Part shown: piece by piece, positions 1-9,580 of the stretch | How the letters are laid out: each line of letters opens with the position of its first letter | Position numbering within the stretch: position 1 is the stretch's first letter | Assembly: GCA_041615815.1 (NCBI GenBank) | Contig: JBFJCP010000002.1 | Location: 1 to 64,000, forward strand | Direction: 5' to 3' | DNA: 64,000 bases | Source: Gemmatimonadales bacterium | GTDB taxonomy: Bacteria; Gemmatimonadota; Gemmatimonadetes; Gemmatimonadales; GWC2-71-9 | Made by a program: the position numbers and the translations under genes | Notes under the pieces: model-generated | What the model saw: the letters and a program-made list of their open reading frames with translations, nothing else | Database searches by the model: none | What the model was told of the DNA's origin: nothing

Positions 1-19
1 CGGTCGGAGATTCAGCCCT

Positions 20-48
20 CAAAAAAGCCCTCTAGCGTGCGGAGGGCT
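20..48 (-). terminator. Rho-independent terminator-like hairpin on the minus strand
   Basis: Minus strand reads AGCCCTC-CGCACGCTA-GAGGGCT followed by TTTTT. Confidence 0.55.
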
Positions 49-360
49 AGGGGAACACCGATCGCAGCGAAGTCCCAAGAAGGTTTCTCCGAACGGTGAC
101 GGGCGGTTGAACGGGCTACGGATGCCGCGGAAACAGATCGGGGTCCGGCCACTCGTGTACGCATTCACCGCCCCCAAGAATCGCAACAGGAAGTCCTCGA
201 ATGCGTCGCAAGCGGTGTTCATCGGGAACACGACGATGAGCCCATCCGAACGTGCCGATAGGTGTTGGTCCCCGTCATCCCGCCGTATGGACCGCGGGGA
301 TGGGGGTCCAAGCCGCTCGCGCTTGCCGATCCGGCCGTGGCGAGGAAGAATCGGGAGCGC

Positions 361-397
361 TTGCAATTGCAAGAAGAACAGATTATTCTTTCAATTG
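361..397 (+). promoter_or_regulatory. Promoter/operator of the TA operon
   Basis: TTGCAA(361-366)-17 bp-TATTCT(384-389), overlapped by inverted repeat CAATTGCAAGAA...TTCTTTCAATTG (11/12); ATG at 398 suggests a leaderless mRNA. Confidence 0.55.
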
Positions 398-772
398 ATG
401 GTTACCACCCGAACTGTTTTGACACCCGATGCTTCGGGCGTGCTCACCAAAGCCGTGTTGCGCGCCGCCGAGCGGCTGGGGCTCCGCAACCGCGACCTGG
501 CCCACGTCCTCGGCACGAGCGAGGCTTCGGTGTCGCGTCTGAGCAAGGAGCGCCGGCTCGAGCCCACGGCCAAAGAGGGGGAGCTGGCGTTGTTGTTTCT
601 GCGGGCCTATCGCAGCCTCGACGCGCTGGTGGGCGGTGACGATCGCAAAGCCCGCGCGTGGCTCGAAGCGTTCAACGAACACCTCCAGGACGTTCCCAAG
701 GAGCTGCTCCACCGCGTCGAAGGGTTGGTGCGTGTCGTCCAGTATCTGGACGCGATGCGCGGGCGAGTCTAG
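398..772 (+). CDS. Xre/MbcA/ParS-type antitoxin
   Basis: N-terminal HTH (LAHVLGTSEASVSRL), C-terminal ARAWL..N..L..P.EL...EGLVRVVQYLD typical of MbcA/ParS antitoxins; overlaps the RES gene. Confidence 0.85.
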   Translation: MVTTRTVLTPDASGVLTKAVLRAAERLGLRNRDLAHVLGTSEASVSRLSKERRLEPTAKEGELALLFLRAYRSLDALVGGDDRKARAWLEAFNEHLQDVPKELLHRVEGLVRVVQYLDAMRGRV

Positions 773-1487
773 GCTCGGGTCGCTCGCCCTCGATCCGTAT
801 CGGGTCGTGGAGGACCAGCACCACGTCGCAACCCGCAAGCTCGTGGACTCAAGCGCCGAGCAGGCGGTGCTCGAGGATCTCATCGAAGCGGCCAAGCCCG
901 CGGACCCCACGCACGGCCGCAAGCATTATCTCCTCGCCACACCCTTCCGGTACCCTCCCCTCCCCCACGGATCCCGTTTCGGCACGCGCCAGGAGCCGGG
1001 GATCTGGTATGGGTCCGAGTCCCTCCGTACGGCGTTTGCCGAGACGGCCTACTACCGACTGCTGTTCCTCGAAGGAACGCGCGCAAACCTCGGTACGGTG
1101 CACACGGTGCTCACCGTGTTTCAGGTGAAGATTCGGACGTCCAAGGGCATCGACCTCACGACGGAGCCCTTCCATGCGCACCGGCGGACGATCTCGTCTC
1201 CAACCAGTTATCGCGCGGCGCAGGCCGTGGGCAACGCTATGCGGGAAGCCGGTGTCCAAACGTTTCGGTACTGGTCGGCGCGGGACGTGGAAGCCGGAAT
1301 CAACGTGGGAGTGTTTGCCGCCACGGCGTTCGGGCGGAGCCGGCCCCGCAACTTCGCGAGCTGGCACTGCGCAACCACCACGGGTCGGGTGGAGATGCGC
1401 AAGCGGGATTTCTTCGAGCGCGTGGTGTACGCGTTTTCTCGTGAGAACTTCCTCGTGGGAGGGGAGTTGCCCCTGCCCGCTCCTTGA
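732..1487 (+). CDS. RES-domain toxin (NAD+ phosphorylase family)
   Basis: Motifs TPFRYPP..GSRF, GIWYGS....TAFAE, YWSAR; GTG start at 732 overlaps the antitoxin end. Confidence 0.85.
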   Translation: MSSSIWTRCAGESRLGSLALDPYRVVEDQHHVATRKLVDSSAEQAVLEDLIEAAKPADPTHGRKHYLLATPFRYPPLPHGSRFGTRQEPGIWYGSESLRTAFAETAYYRLLFLEGTRANLGTVHTVLTVFQVKIRTSKGIDLTTEPFHAHRRTISSPTSYRAAQAVGNAMREAGVQTFRYWSARDVEAGINVGVFAATAFGRSRPRNFASWHCATTTGRVEMRKRDFFERVVYAFSRENFLVGGELPLPAP

Positions 1488-1544
1488 GTGCCGACGCCGA
1501 TCGCGCCACTCGCCACGCATTCGCCACTTCGCCGCGGAGCGCCA

Positions 1545-2675
1545 ATGCCTCGCCCGATTCCGATCGCCTCATTGCTGATCATGCTAGCGACCACCATCGG
1601 GGTGGGGCAGGACGCGCCGGAAGGCGCCAAACCCCCGTCCCTCGACGACGGCTGGCCCACCGCCACACCTGCGAGCGCCGGTCTGGCGGCGGCATCCTTG
1701 ACCGAAATGGCGGCGGAGATTCGCGCCGGGGAGCTTCGCCGCATCACGAGCGTCCTCGTGGCGTACCGAGGATCGCTGGTCTACGAGCAGTATTTCGACG
1801 AGGGTGGCCGGGACGCGCTCCGCGACACCCGATCGGCCACGAAGACGATCGCCGGCATGCTCATCGGACAGGCCATCGCCCGCGGTCTCCTTTCCGGGGT
1901 CGATGCGCTCATCACGACGTTCTTCCCCAACCGGAGCCTCCAGCACGACGACCCGCGGAAGCATCGGATCACGATCGAAGATTTCCTGACGATGAGCTCG
2001 CTGCTCGAATGTGACGACTGGAACAGCTTCTCGCGGGGCAACGAAGAACGGATGTACGTGATCGAGGATTGGATCCAGTTCACGCTCGATCTCCCGGTGA
2101 AGGGCTTCCCCCCGTGGGCGACGAAGCCGCAGGATGCGCCCTACGGACGGAGCTTCAGCTACTGCACGGCCGGCGTGTTCACGCTCGGTGCCGTGCTTGC
2201 GCGCGCGGTGGGCGAGCCGGTTCCGCCGTACGCCCAGCGACGGCTCTTTGGCCCCCTAGGTATCGATGCCGTGGCCTGGCAGTTCTCGCCCCTCGGCGAC
2301 GCCCAAACGGGAGGCGGGCTCCGCATGCGATCGCGGGACCTGCTCAAGCTCGGACAGCTGTATCTGAACCGCGGAAGATGGAACCGGACGATCGTGATCG
2401 ACGAAGACTGGGTAGCGCGTTCGATCCAGCCCCACGTTCGGATCGACGAGCAGACCGAGTACGGCTACCTGTGGTGGCTACGCACGTTCGAATCAGGTGA
2501 ACGCCCGCACCGTGCTTACTACATGTCCGGAAACGGTGGGAACAAGGTGGCGGTCTTTCCGGATGACGAGATGGTCGTCGTCATCACGAGCACCAACTAC
2601 AACACGCGTGGCATGCACGAGCAGACGGACCGCATACTGACGGAGTACGTGCTGCAAGCCCTGCCAACGCGCTGA
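1545..2675 (+). CDS. Serine hydrolase, beta-lactamase class C-like family
   Basis: Signal peptide, SxxK (SATK), FSYCT, YGYLWW, SGNGG; GGAG RBS before ATG 1545. Confidence 0.85.
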   Translation: MPRPIPIASLLIMLATTIGVGQDAPEGAKPPSLDDGWPTATPASAGLAAASLTEMAAEIRAGELRRITSVLVAYRGSLVYEQYFDEGGRDALRDTRSATKTIAGMLIGQAIARGLLSGVDALITTFFPNRSLQHDDPRKHRITIEDFLTMSSLLECDDWNSFSRGNEERMYVIEDWIQFTLDLPVKGFPPWATKPQDAPYGRSFSYCTAGVFTLGAVLARAVGEPVPPYAQRRLFGPLGIDAVAWQFSPLGDAQTGGGLRMRSRDLLKLGQLYLNRGRWNRTIVIDEDWVARSIQPHVRIDEQTEYGYLWWLRTFESGERPHRAYYMSGNGGNKVAVFPDDEMVVVITSTNYNTRGMHEQTDRILTEYVLQALPTR

Positions 2676-2692
2676 GCGCCGGCCCCGTCTCC

Positions 2693-2881
2693 TCACCCGG
2701 GCGTCTTCGTTCGGCTGGCGAGCACCAGCGCGCTGGCGGCCCCGAGCAGCAACAGCGGGATGTAGAGTGGAAGCTCCGTCCGCCCGGCAAGCCCGAGCCC
2801 AAAGAGGGCGATCGCTATCAACGCGACGATGATACCGACACGGCGGAGGAGTCGAGTGTTGGACGGAGAAAGGGCAGCCAT
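2693..2881 (-). CDS. Small two-TM membrane protein
   Basis: 62 aa with two hydrophobic helices and an upstream GGAG. Confidence 0.55.
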   Translation of the reverse strand: MAALSPSNTRLLRRVGIIVALIAIALFGLGLAGRTELPLYIPLLLLGAASALVLASRTKTPG

Positions 2882-2947
2882 CGAGCGCTCCGGATCGCGT
2901 AGAGTTCGGCCACCAAGTTAGCGAACGGGTCGACAACGGGCCAAAGC

Positions 2948-2976
2948 AAAAAGCCGCGACCGAGGTCGCGGCTTTT
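2948..2976. terminator. Bidirectional terminator hairpin
   Basis: AAAAAGCCGCGAC-CGAG-GTCGCGGCTTTT. Confidence 0.8.
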
Positions 2977-3008
2977 CACATGCTCGAGCTAAATCGCTCG
3001 GTTCCTGC

Positions 3009-3713
3009 TTACATCCCCGGAACGCCGGGCATGCCGGGCAGCGCGATCCGGTAGTGCAATCCGGCGCCGAACACCAGCGGCTGCACCGACGGATCGCCGA
3101 TGCTCATGAAGTCCGCCGCGAAGTGCGCGCCAAAGCCCGCCGGGAGGGTCACAGCCAGCCCGCCGGACGCGCCGAAGCCGAACTCGGAGTTGGATGCACC
3201 ACCAAAGCTCGACCGCAGATAGTGGACGCGCGGAGCCACCCAGGGTGTGACGTCGATGCCGGGACTCGGCACGTCGAACGTGAACGCCACCGCGATCGGC
3301 ACGTTCCACACACCGAGGTCGTTCCCGAGACCCAACGGATCGCTCTGGTTCATGTAGCCCGCTCCGGCCTGGAACGTAATCGCGACCGGGACCAGGGGCG
3401 GATCGAACACGTCGATGCCAAAGCCGCCACCAAAGGTGAACTCGTTACCGATCCCATCGACCCGGAGGTCGAGAGTAGCAGCGCCGGCCCAGAAGTGGAC
3501 CATCGGGAGGCTCACCCCCACCCGGCCACCAAAGGCGTTGAGCCGCCCGGACTCGTCATTCAACCCGCGGCCAAAATCGCCGGCCAGGGTGAGGCCCGGC
3601 CCGGATGTCCAGGCGTAGACGGGGTAGCCCATCAGCTGCGCCTTCGCCGGCGCCGCCACCATGGCCAACCCCACTCCCACCGTCGCCAACCCAATCAACG
3701 TGCGTTTCATCAT
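3009..3713 (-). CDS. Outer-membrane beta-barrel protein
   Basis: Signal peptide (APAKA|Q), Gly-rich alternating beta strands, terminal GAGLHYR; AGGAGG RBS. Confidence 0.7.
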   Translation of the reverse strand: MMKRTLIGLATVGVGLAMVAAPAKAQLMGYPVYAWTSGPGLTLAGDFGRGLNDESGRLNAFGGRVGVSLPMVHFWAGAATLDLRVDGIGNEFTFGGGFGIDVFDPPLVPVAITFQAGAGYMNQSDPLGLGNDLGVWNVPIAVAFTFDVPSPGIDVTPWVAPRVHYLRSSFGGASNSEFGFGASGGLAVTLPAGFGAHFAADFMSIGDPSVQPLVFGAGLHYRIALPGMPGVPGM

Positions 3714-4128
3714 CGTCCTCCTACGAGATGACGTGATACATGGCAAAGTTTTGGGAGGACGAAGCTATGCGCGATGGGTGCAAGGGACTGCGGCATGTGT
3801 CACAATGAACGATTCGTGACAAAGGTCACAATCGGGGATAGTCCCGTCGAATGGGCGGGCACGGCGGCAGAGCCACCATCATCAGGGGTACAGCGAGCAG
3901 TTGAGGGCGTTTCATGATTCGCCTCCGGAGTAGTCCTCAGTTCTAGTCTGCGACTCTCCCCTGAGGGCCCGGTGAATTTTCACATAGGAACGAGAGATCT
4001 GAGGGGCAAGTTGGACTTCCAGCCCCACCTCACCATGCCGAGCTTGACCTGCTGGCAAAGGAAGAGCCGCGCCATCGGCGCGGCTCTTCGCAACGTAACC
4101 GTTCTGCCCCTGCGCCGGCCGCGCGCGA

Positions 4129-5292
4129 TCAGCGCGCGCCGGCAGGCTCCAGGCGAACGATAGATGTCGGGGCGCCCTGACGGTCGTCGATCGCCAGGTA
4201 GATGTACCCATCCGGTCCCTGACGCACATCCCGAATCCGACCCACGCCCTGAACCAGCGTCTCCTCGCTCACGATCTCTTGCCCCTCGAGCGTGAGGCGT
4301 GCGAGCTGCTGGCCCACCATGCCCCCGACGAACATGTTTCCGCGCCACGCCGGAAAGCGGTCACCCGTGTAGATCAGCATTCCCGCGATCCCGATCGACG
4401 GCACCCAGATGTGGACAGGCTGCTCCATGCCCTCCCGATGCGTCCCCTCGTGGATGGCGGCACCGGTGCGGTAGTTGACACCGTATCCAACCACTGGCCA
4501 GCCGTAGTTCCGGCCAGGGAGCACGAGATTCACTTCGTCCCCCCCTTGTGGCCCGTGCTCGTTGAGCCAGACGTCTCCCGTCTCGGGGTGGATCGCCAAG
4601 CCCTGAGAGTTGCGGTGCCCGTAGCTCCAGATCTCGGGACGGGCGCCGGTTTGACCCACAAAGGGGTTGTCGGTGGGAACACGACCGTCGTCATGGAGAC
4701 GGATGGTGGTCCCGTGGTGGTTGGAAAGATCCTGGGCGGGGTGCGCTTCCAGGTCTCCGCTGGGTGGCGCTTGGCGATCCCCCACCGTGAGAAAAAGATA
4801 CCCCTTCCCATCGAACGCGAGCCGACAGCCGTAATGCCCGCGGCCTTGGGACACAGCTACGAAGATCTCCTCTACATTCGAAAAGCGATCGTTCTCGAAG
4901 CGGCCACGCACCACGGCGGTGGTTGCTCCGGCTCCGTCCGCGTTTGGCTTGGAGAAACTCAGATAGAGCAAGCGGTTCGATGCGAACTCCGGATGGGGAA
5001 CCACGTCCAGCAGTCCACCCTGTCCCTCAGCGTGGACGGCGGGGACCCCGGGTACCGGATCCGGCAAGAGGGTTCCGTTACGAACGATGCGGAGTCGTCC
5101 CGGCCGCTCCGTCACCAGCATGTCACCGTCGGGAAGAAACGCGATGGACCACGGGCGAATCAGCCCATCCGCCACGGTGACCAGGCGGTAGTCATGGTGG
5201 GCCGATCGCATGACCGGTGACTGCGCGACGATGGGCGTAGCAACAACCGAGAGAAGCCCACCGAGGGTGAGCGCGGACAAAGTGCGAATCAT
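4129..5292 (-). CDS. PQQ-dependent sugar dehydrogenase (glucose/sorbosone dehydrogenase family)
   Basis: PWSIAFLPDG.MLVTERPG, GQGGLLDV, WSYGHRN.QG, EHGPQGGDEVN, NYGWP motifs. Confidence 0.9.
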   Translation of the reverse strand: MIRTLSALTLGGLLSVVATPIVAQSPVMRSAHHDYRLVTVADGLIRPWSIAFLPDGDMLVTERPGRLRIVRNGTLLPDPVPGVPAVHAEGQGGLLDVVPHPEFASNRLLYLSFSKPNADGAGATTAVVRGRFENDRFSNVEEIFVAVSQGRGHYGCRLAFDGKGYLFLTVGDRQAPPSGDLEAHPAQDLSNHHGTTIRLHDDGRVPTDNPFVGQTGARPEIWSYGHRNSQGLAIHPETGDVWLNEHGPQGGDEVNLVLPGRNYGWPVVGYGVNYRTGAAIHEGTHREGMEQPVHIWVPSIGIAGMLIYTGDRFPAWRGNMFVGGMVGQQLARLTLEGQEIVSEETLVQGVGRIRDVRQGPDGYIYLAIDDRQGAPTSIVRLEPAGAR

Positions 5293-5388
5293 CTCAGTCC
5301 CCAGAATCGAAGGTCTTCATCAAATTGAGCGCGTTCAGCACGCGGACAAAGTTGCGCGGGCTGCGCGAGCCACGCAACGGCACGTCTC

Positions 5389-5520
5389 CTAGGCGGGGCA
5401 GGGCGAGAAGATGCGTGTCCCCGGATAGTAGGCGGACCAGGAGAACCAGAGGATCGTCGAGGCGTCAGTCACCGGCGCCAGCCGTTCGCCGTGAAGCGAC
5501 CCCGCGACTGGAACCGCCGC
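5389..5520 (-). pseudogene. 3-prime remnant of a DUF3179 gene
   Basis: Encodes GERLAPVTDASTILWFSWSAYYPGTRIFSP, nearly identical to the C-terminus of 10740-11849; upstream part lost. Confidence 0.75.
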
Positions 5521-6045
5521 GAGATGGAGAGGGACTCCCGACGAGCTCGTGGATGATCTGCACCAGCGCTGAAGCCCGAGCATGGATCTCCGCCTCCGTC
5601 GAGATCTCTCGCATCTCAGTCTCCACGGGTTGCAGTTGGAACGATCGGCGAGCGCGGGTGAAGGCCAGGAAGCACGTGCATCACCCGTGGAACATGTGCC
5701 GCAGCCGCGCCGGGCGGGAGCTGACACCCATGGACGAGCAGGCGCGTTTGCCGAGCCCGTATGCAACCTGCGGAGTCGTTGGGTGATCAGGGTAGGGTGA
5801 CGACCTGCTTCGCTACTCTTGCCCCATCCGACCCCGAGCCGCTGCGAGCCGGCCGCTCAGGGCAGCCCGGAAGTGCCACGAAGACCTCGATCAATGGAAC
5901 AGGCCCGGCCGGACCAGCCTGACGGGTGTCAGCAGCTTCCTGCGAGCACCAGGTACCCGCTTCAAGGCGGGCTCAAGCCTTTCACACATTCTTCACGTTC
6001 CTCTGCCTCCCGACCGTTAGGGTTCAGGTCTGGGAGGGCGTCTCC

Positions 6046-8997
6046 ATGGCCGACCACCTCGACACGCTCAAGGCGGTCCTTGCCGCACGCTACGCCATCG
6101 AGCGGGAGATCGGCCGCGGCGGCATGGCGTGTGTCTATCTCGCTCGAGACCTGAAGCACCGCCGGCGCGTGGCCATCAAAGTCCTGCACCCTGCAGTCGC
6201 ATCAGCTCTCGGACCCGATCGGTTCCTCCGTGAGATCGAGATCGCTGCGGGACTCAGTCACCCGCACATCCTCCCCGTCTTCGACTCGGGGCAAGCGGCC
6301 GACTTGCTGTACTACGTCATGCCCTACGTAGAGGGGGAATCGCTGCGCGAACGTCTGGAACGGCGGCGCCCCTTCGCGGTTCGTGAAGCCGTACGAATCC
6401 TGTGCGAAATCCTCGAGGCCCTGTCGAAGGCGCACGCCGCGGGCGTCGTGCACCGCGACATCAAACCCGGAAACGTGATGCTCTCCGACGGGCATGCACT
6501 GGTCATGGACTTTGGCGTGGCGAAGGCATCCAGCGGCGTGTCCGGAGGAGATGGCCTGACCGGGACGGGCATCGCGCTGGGGACGCCGACCTACATGTCG
6601 CCGGAGCAGGCGGCCGGCGATCCGCATGTGGACCACCGCAGCGACATCTACTCGGTCGGCGTCGTCGCATACGAGTTGTTGACCGGCCACGTGCCGTTTC
6701 AGGACGTCTCCGCGCACCGGATCGCGGCCGCGCATCTGACCCAAGAGCCACGGCCACTGTCGCACGTTCGCCCCGACGTGCCCCCGGTGTTGGCCACGGC
6801 GATCATGAAGTGCCTGAACAAGGATCCGGACGACCGCTGGCAGACGGCCGCCGAGCTGTTGAACACCATCTACCCGCTCTCCATCTCGGATGCGCACGCC
6901 ACCACGCTTCCGGCGACTCGTCGGTCAATCGTGTTCCTGGCACGGCATTGGCCGAAGCTCGCGGCCGTTTTGGTGCTCCTCCTCCTCGTGACGCTGGGTG
7001 AGCGCTGGCGGCGATCGCGTGCCGCACCAATCACCAGCACCGCGGATCCCCAGGTGGTTGCCGTACTGCCGTTTCGGGTCTCCGGTGCGGATCCGCGCCT
7101 GTGGTATCTGCGGGAAGGGATGGTGGACCTCCTCTGGGCGAGGTTGACAGGCGAGGGGGGACCGCGGGCCGCGGACCCGACGGCCGTGCTGCAAACCTTC
7201 GATCGGTTGGCCGCCTCCCCCAGCAGCGACTTGAGTGAGCCGCACGTGATCCTACTCGGTCAGCGGGTGGGGGCGGGTCAGGTCTTGTCGGGCGCGATCG
7301 TCGGCACGCCGGATCGCCTGGTTATCTCGGCTACTGTGACACCGGTCGTGGACCAGGTAGCCCGCGCGCAGGCCAGCGTCGAGGGACCATCCGACAGCCT
7401 GGTCTCGATGGTCGACCGACTGGCCGGTCAGCTCTTAGCACGCGGCGCGGGCTTCGGCGAGGGTCGGGCCTTCGCACTCGCCGCACATCCGTTGAGCGCG
7501 GTGCAAGACTACCTTGCGGGTCGGGCCCGGCGGCGTCTGGGTCACTACGAGCAGGCCGTCGAGCACTTTCAGAGTGCACTGACGCAGGATTCGACCTTCA
7601 CGTTGGCGGCCCTCGAGATCTTACTAATTGCGGGGTGGGTGGTCGTCCCGAACGCGTGGGAGATCCGAGACCAAGTCTGGCAGCACCGGGACCAGTTGAG
7701 CGAACGGGACCGCTTGCTGCTCGAGGTCCGTGGGCTGTTGCCGGGCGTCCCAAGAACGGTGGCCGAGCGACTCGCGCTCGCCGAACGCGCGGTGAGCGTC
7801 ATGCCGAGCGATCCCGAGCTCTGGGAGATCGTCGCCGACCTCTACTTTCACCGGGGTGAGTACCTCGGCATCTCCGATGCGTGGCAACGGGCTGACGCGG
7901 GGTTTCGCCGAGCATTGGCGATCGACTCTAGTCGCGCCGGACCACTGCAGCACGTCATTCAAATGCTCGCTGTCGCGGGTGACACGACGGAGCTCCCCAC
8001 GCTTGCGACCCGGTACTTCCAGCAAGATTCGACGAGCGAGTTGAGCCTGTTCTTGCAGTGGCTGGTGGCGGTCGTGCGGGGAGACTCGGTCCGGCGTCGG
8101 CACGTGCGCGAGATCTTCGACAGCACCGCGTACCTCGGCATCCAGGTCGCTGACCTGGGAGAGTCACACGGACTGGGGCTCGACGACGTCGACGAGGCGC
8201 TTGCCGCCAGCCGGCGCCGCGCCGCCACCGACAATCAGCGATTGTATACCAACCTCAAGTCGTCGTTCCGAGCGCTCAACAAGGGGCACCCCAGCGAGGC
8301 CGAAGTGTTCCTGCATGCCGTCGACTCCAAGGGCACCCGGATGATGGCTGCCCTGTTCTGGGACGGAGATACCGCGGCAGCCCAACGAGTGGCGCACGAG
8401 GTCGAGGCACTCGCCCGCGAGCCTCTGCCGGACGACCGAGCCACGCGAAGCCTGCACGGGCGGGCGATCTGCCTCGCCGGGTTGTGGCAGCTTGCACACG
8501 ACGACACCACGCGGGCCGTCGAGCATCTCGATCGTTTGAAACGCGAGAGTCCGGCGGGTGACACGACGGCGCTGGCCGCAGCGAAACGCACGTGCGCCGT
8601 GCTGCTCGACGCTTCACTCGCATCGGATCGGAACGAAGATCGAGCCCTGGCGCTCATCGAACGGCTCGATTCGCTGGCTCGCCGGGGCCCAGTGTTCTGG
8701 GAGGTGATTCCGCTCAATCTGATCATCGCACGGCTCTTCGAGCGCCACGGCGAATACGCGCGCGCGTTGGCGGCTGCTCGCCGCCGGCCGTACTGGTACG
8801 GCACCTTCAGTGGCAACGCGTTTCTCACCGCCTTCCTCGAGACGGAAGGGCGGGTTGCCGCACTGGTGGGCGATACCGCTGCAGCCGTCGACGCCTACCA
8901 GTTGTACCTCTCGCTCCGATCCGATCCAGAGCCCCACTTGGCTGACAAGCGAAAGGCGATCGGCGCGGATCTGGCTCGGTTCGTGGGAGAACCGTGA
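6046..8997 (+). CDS. Ser/Thr protein kinase with TM helix, TolB-N-like and TPR domains
   Basis: GRGGMACVY, VAIK, HRDIKPGN, DFG, GTPTYMSPEQ; TM helix then VAVLPF and TPR-like helices. Confidence 0.92.
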   Translation: MADHLDTLKAVLAARYAIEREIGRGGMACVYLARDLKHRRRVAIKVLHPAVASALGPDRFLREIEIAAGLSHPHILPVFDSGQAADLLYYVMPYVEGESLRERLERRRPFAVREAVRILCEILEALSKAHAAGVVHRDIKPGNVMLSDGHALVMDFGVAKASSGVSGGDGLTGTGIALGTPTYMSPEQAAGDPHVDHRSDIYSVGVVAYELLTGHVPFQDVSAHRIAAAHLTQEPRPLSHVRPDVPPVLATAIMKCLNKDPDDRWQTAAELLNTIYPLSISDAHATTLPATRRSIVFLARHWPKLAAVLVLLLLVTLGERWRRSRAAPITSTADPQVVAVLPFRVSGADPRLWYLREGMVDLLWARLTGEGGPRAADPTAVLQTFDRLAASPSSDLSEPHVILLGQRVGAGQVLSGAIVGTPDRLVISATVTPVVDQVARAQASVEGPSDSLVSMVDRLAGQLLARGAGFGEGRAFALAAHPLSAVQDYLAGRARRRLGHYEQAVEHFQSALTQDSTFTLAALEILLIAGWVVVPNAWEIRDQVWQHRDQLSERDRLLLEVRGLLPGVPRTVAERLALAERAVSVMPSDPELWEIVADLYFHRGEYLGISDAWQRADAGFRRALAIDSSRAGPLQHVIQMLAVAGDTTELPTLATRYFQQDSTSELSLFLQWLVAVVRGDSVRRRHVREIFDSTAYLGIQVADLGESHGLGLDDVDEALAASRRRAATDNQRLYTNLKSSFRALNKGHPSEAEVFLHAVDSKGTRMMAALFWDGDTAAAQRVAHEVEALAREPLPDDRATRSLHGRAICLAGLWQLAHDDTTRAVEHLDRLKRESPAGDTTALAAAKRTCAVLLDASLASDRNEDRALALIERLDSLARRGPVFWEVIPLNLIIARLFERHGEYARALAAARRRPYWYGTFSGNAFLTAFLETEGRVAALVGDTAAAVDAYQLYLSLRSDPEPHLADKRKAIGADLARFVGEP

Positions 8998-9105
8998 CGG
9001 CGGGTGCCTAGGGTCCCTCAGTTGGTCGCGCTACCGTTGACCACGGCCGAGACGCTGGGGAGAGCATCCGCGCGACACCGAAAAGAAGAATAGGAGGTTC
9101 ACCGC

Positions 9106-9513
9106 ATGGCATTCACGAAGCTGATCAGTGAAGAGGAGGCGCCAGGTCGGGTCAAGGAGATCTACGCAGACGTTCGGAACACACTCGGCATCGACTTCGT
9201 CCCCAACATGTACCGAGTCATGGCGGTGAAGCCCGACTACCTCGAGGCCAACTGGCGCAAAGTGAAGTCGGTGATGACTGAGCCCGGTAAGCTCGACCGC
9301 CTCACAAGGGAGATCATCGCCGTGGCCGTATCGGCGGTGAGTGGGTGTTCCTACTGAATACAAGTCCACACTTCCGCGGTGCGGAAGTTGGGTTTGGACG
9401 ACGAAGCCATCGTGGAGCTCATGTCGGTGGTCGACCTCTTTGCAGGCCTCAACAAGCTGCTGGACGGCCTGCAGGTCGAGATCGACGAGAAACCGTGGTA
9501 TGGCTGAGGGTGA
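9106..9513 (+). CDS. AhpD/carboxymuconolactone decarboxylase-family selenoprotein (Sec at 9355-9357, probable second Sec at 9505-9507)
   Basis: EIIAVAVSAVSGCSY-TGA-IQVH matches the AhpD CxxCxxxH motif as CxxUxxxH; the frame continues as CMD-like sequence to KPWYG-TGA-G-TGA; hairpins follow both UGAs; AGGAGG RBS. Confidence 0.88.
9364..9399 (+). promoter_or_regulatory. SECIS-like element 1
   Basis: ACTTCCGC-GGT-GCGGAAGT perfect 8-bp stem with outer GTCCA/TGGAC; G-containing loop 20 nt after the UGA. Confidence 0.8.
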
Positions 9514-9517
9514 GATT

Positions 9518-9538
9518 GGGAATGCCGTGTGCATTCCT
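9518..9538 (+). promoter_or_regulatory. SECIS-like element 2
   Basis: GGAATGC-CGTGT-GCATTCC stem-loop; loop begins 18 nt after UGA 9505-9507. Confidence 0.6.
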
Positions 9539-9580
9539 CGGATATCCACCGCACGGTCCGCGCCGAAAGGCCTGAAGAAG

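Noticed and set aside
5460..5790. In-frame TGA on the minus strand (FHG-TGA-CTC) as another selenoprotein
   Set aside because: No recognisable family or convincing SECIS; lies in a decayed region
9106..9357. 83-aa ORF as a complete protein or nonsense pseudogene
   Set aside because: The TGA falls on the redox Cys position, is followed by a SECIS-like hairpin, and the domain continues in frame
9511..9513. Third selenocysteine codon
   Set aside because: Only 12 nt from the hairpin loop, and the downstream frame has no recognisable domain; treated as the stop
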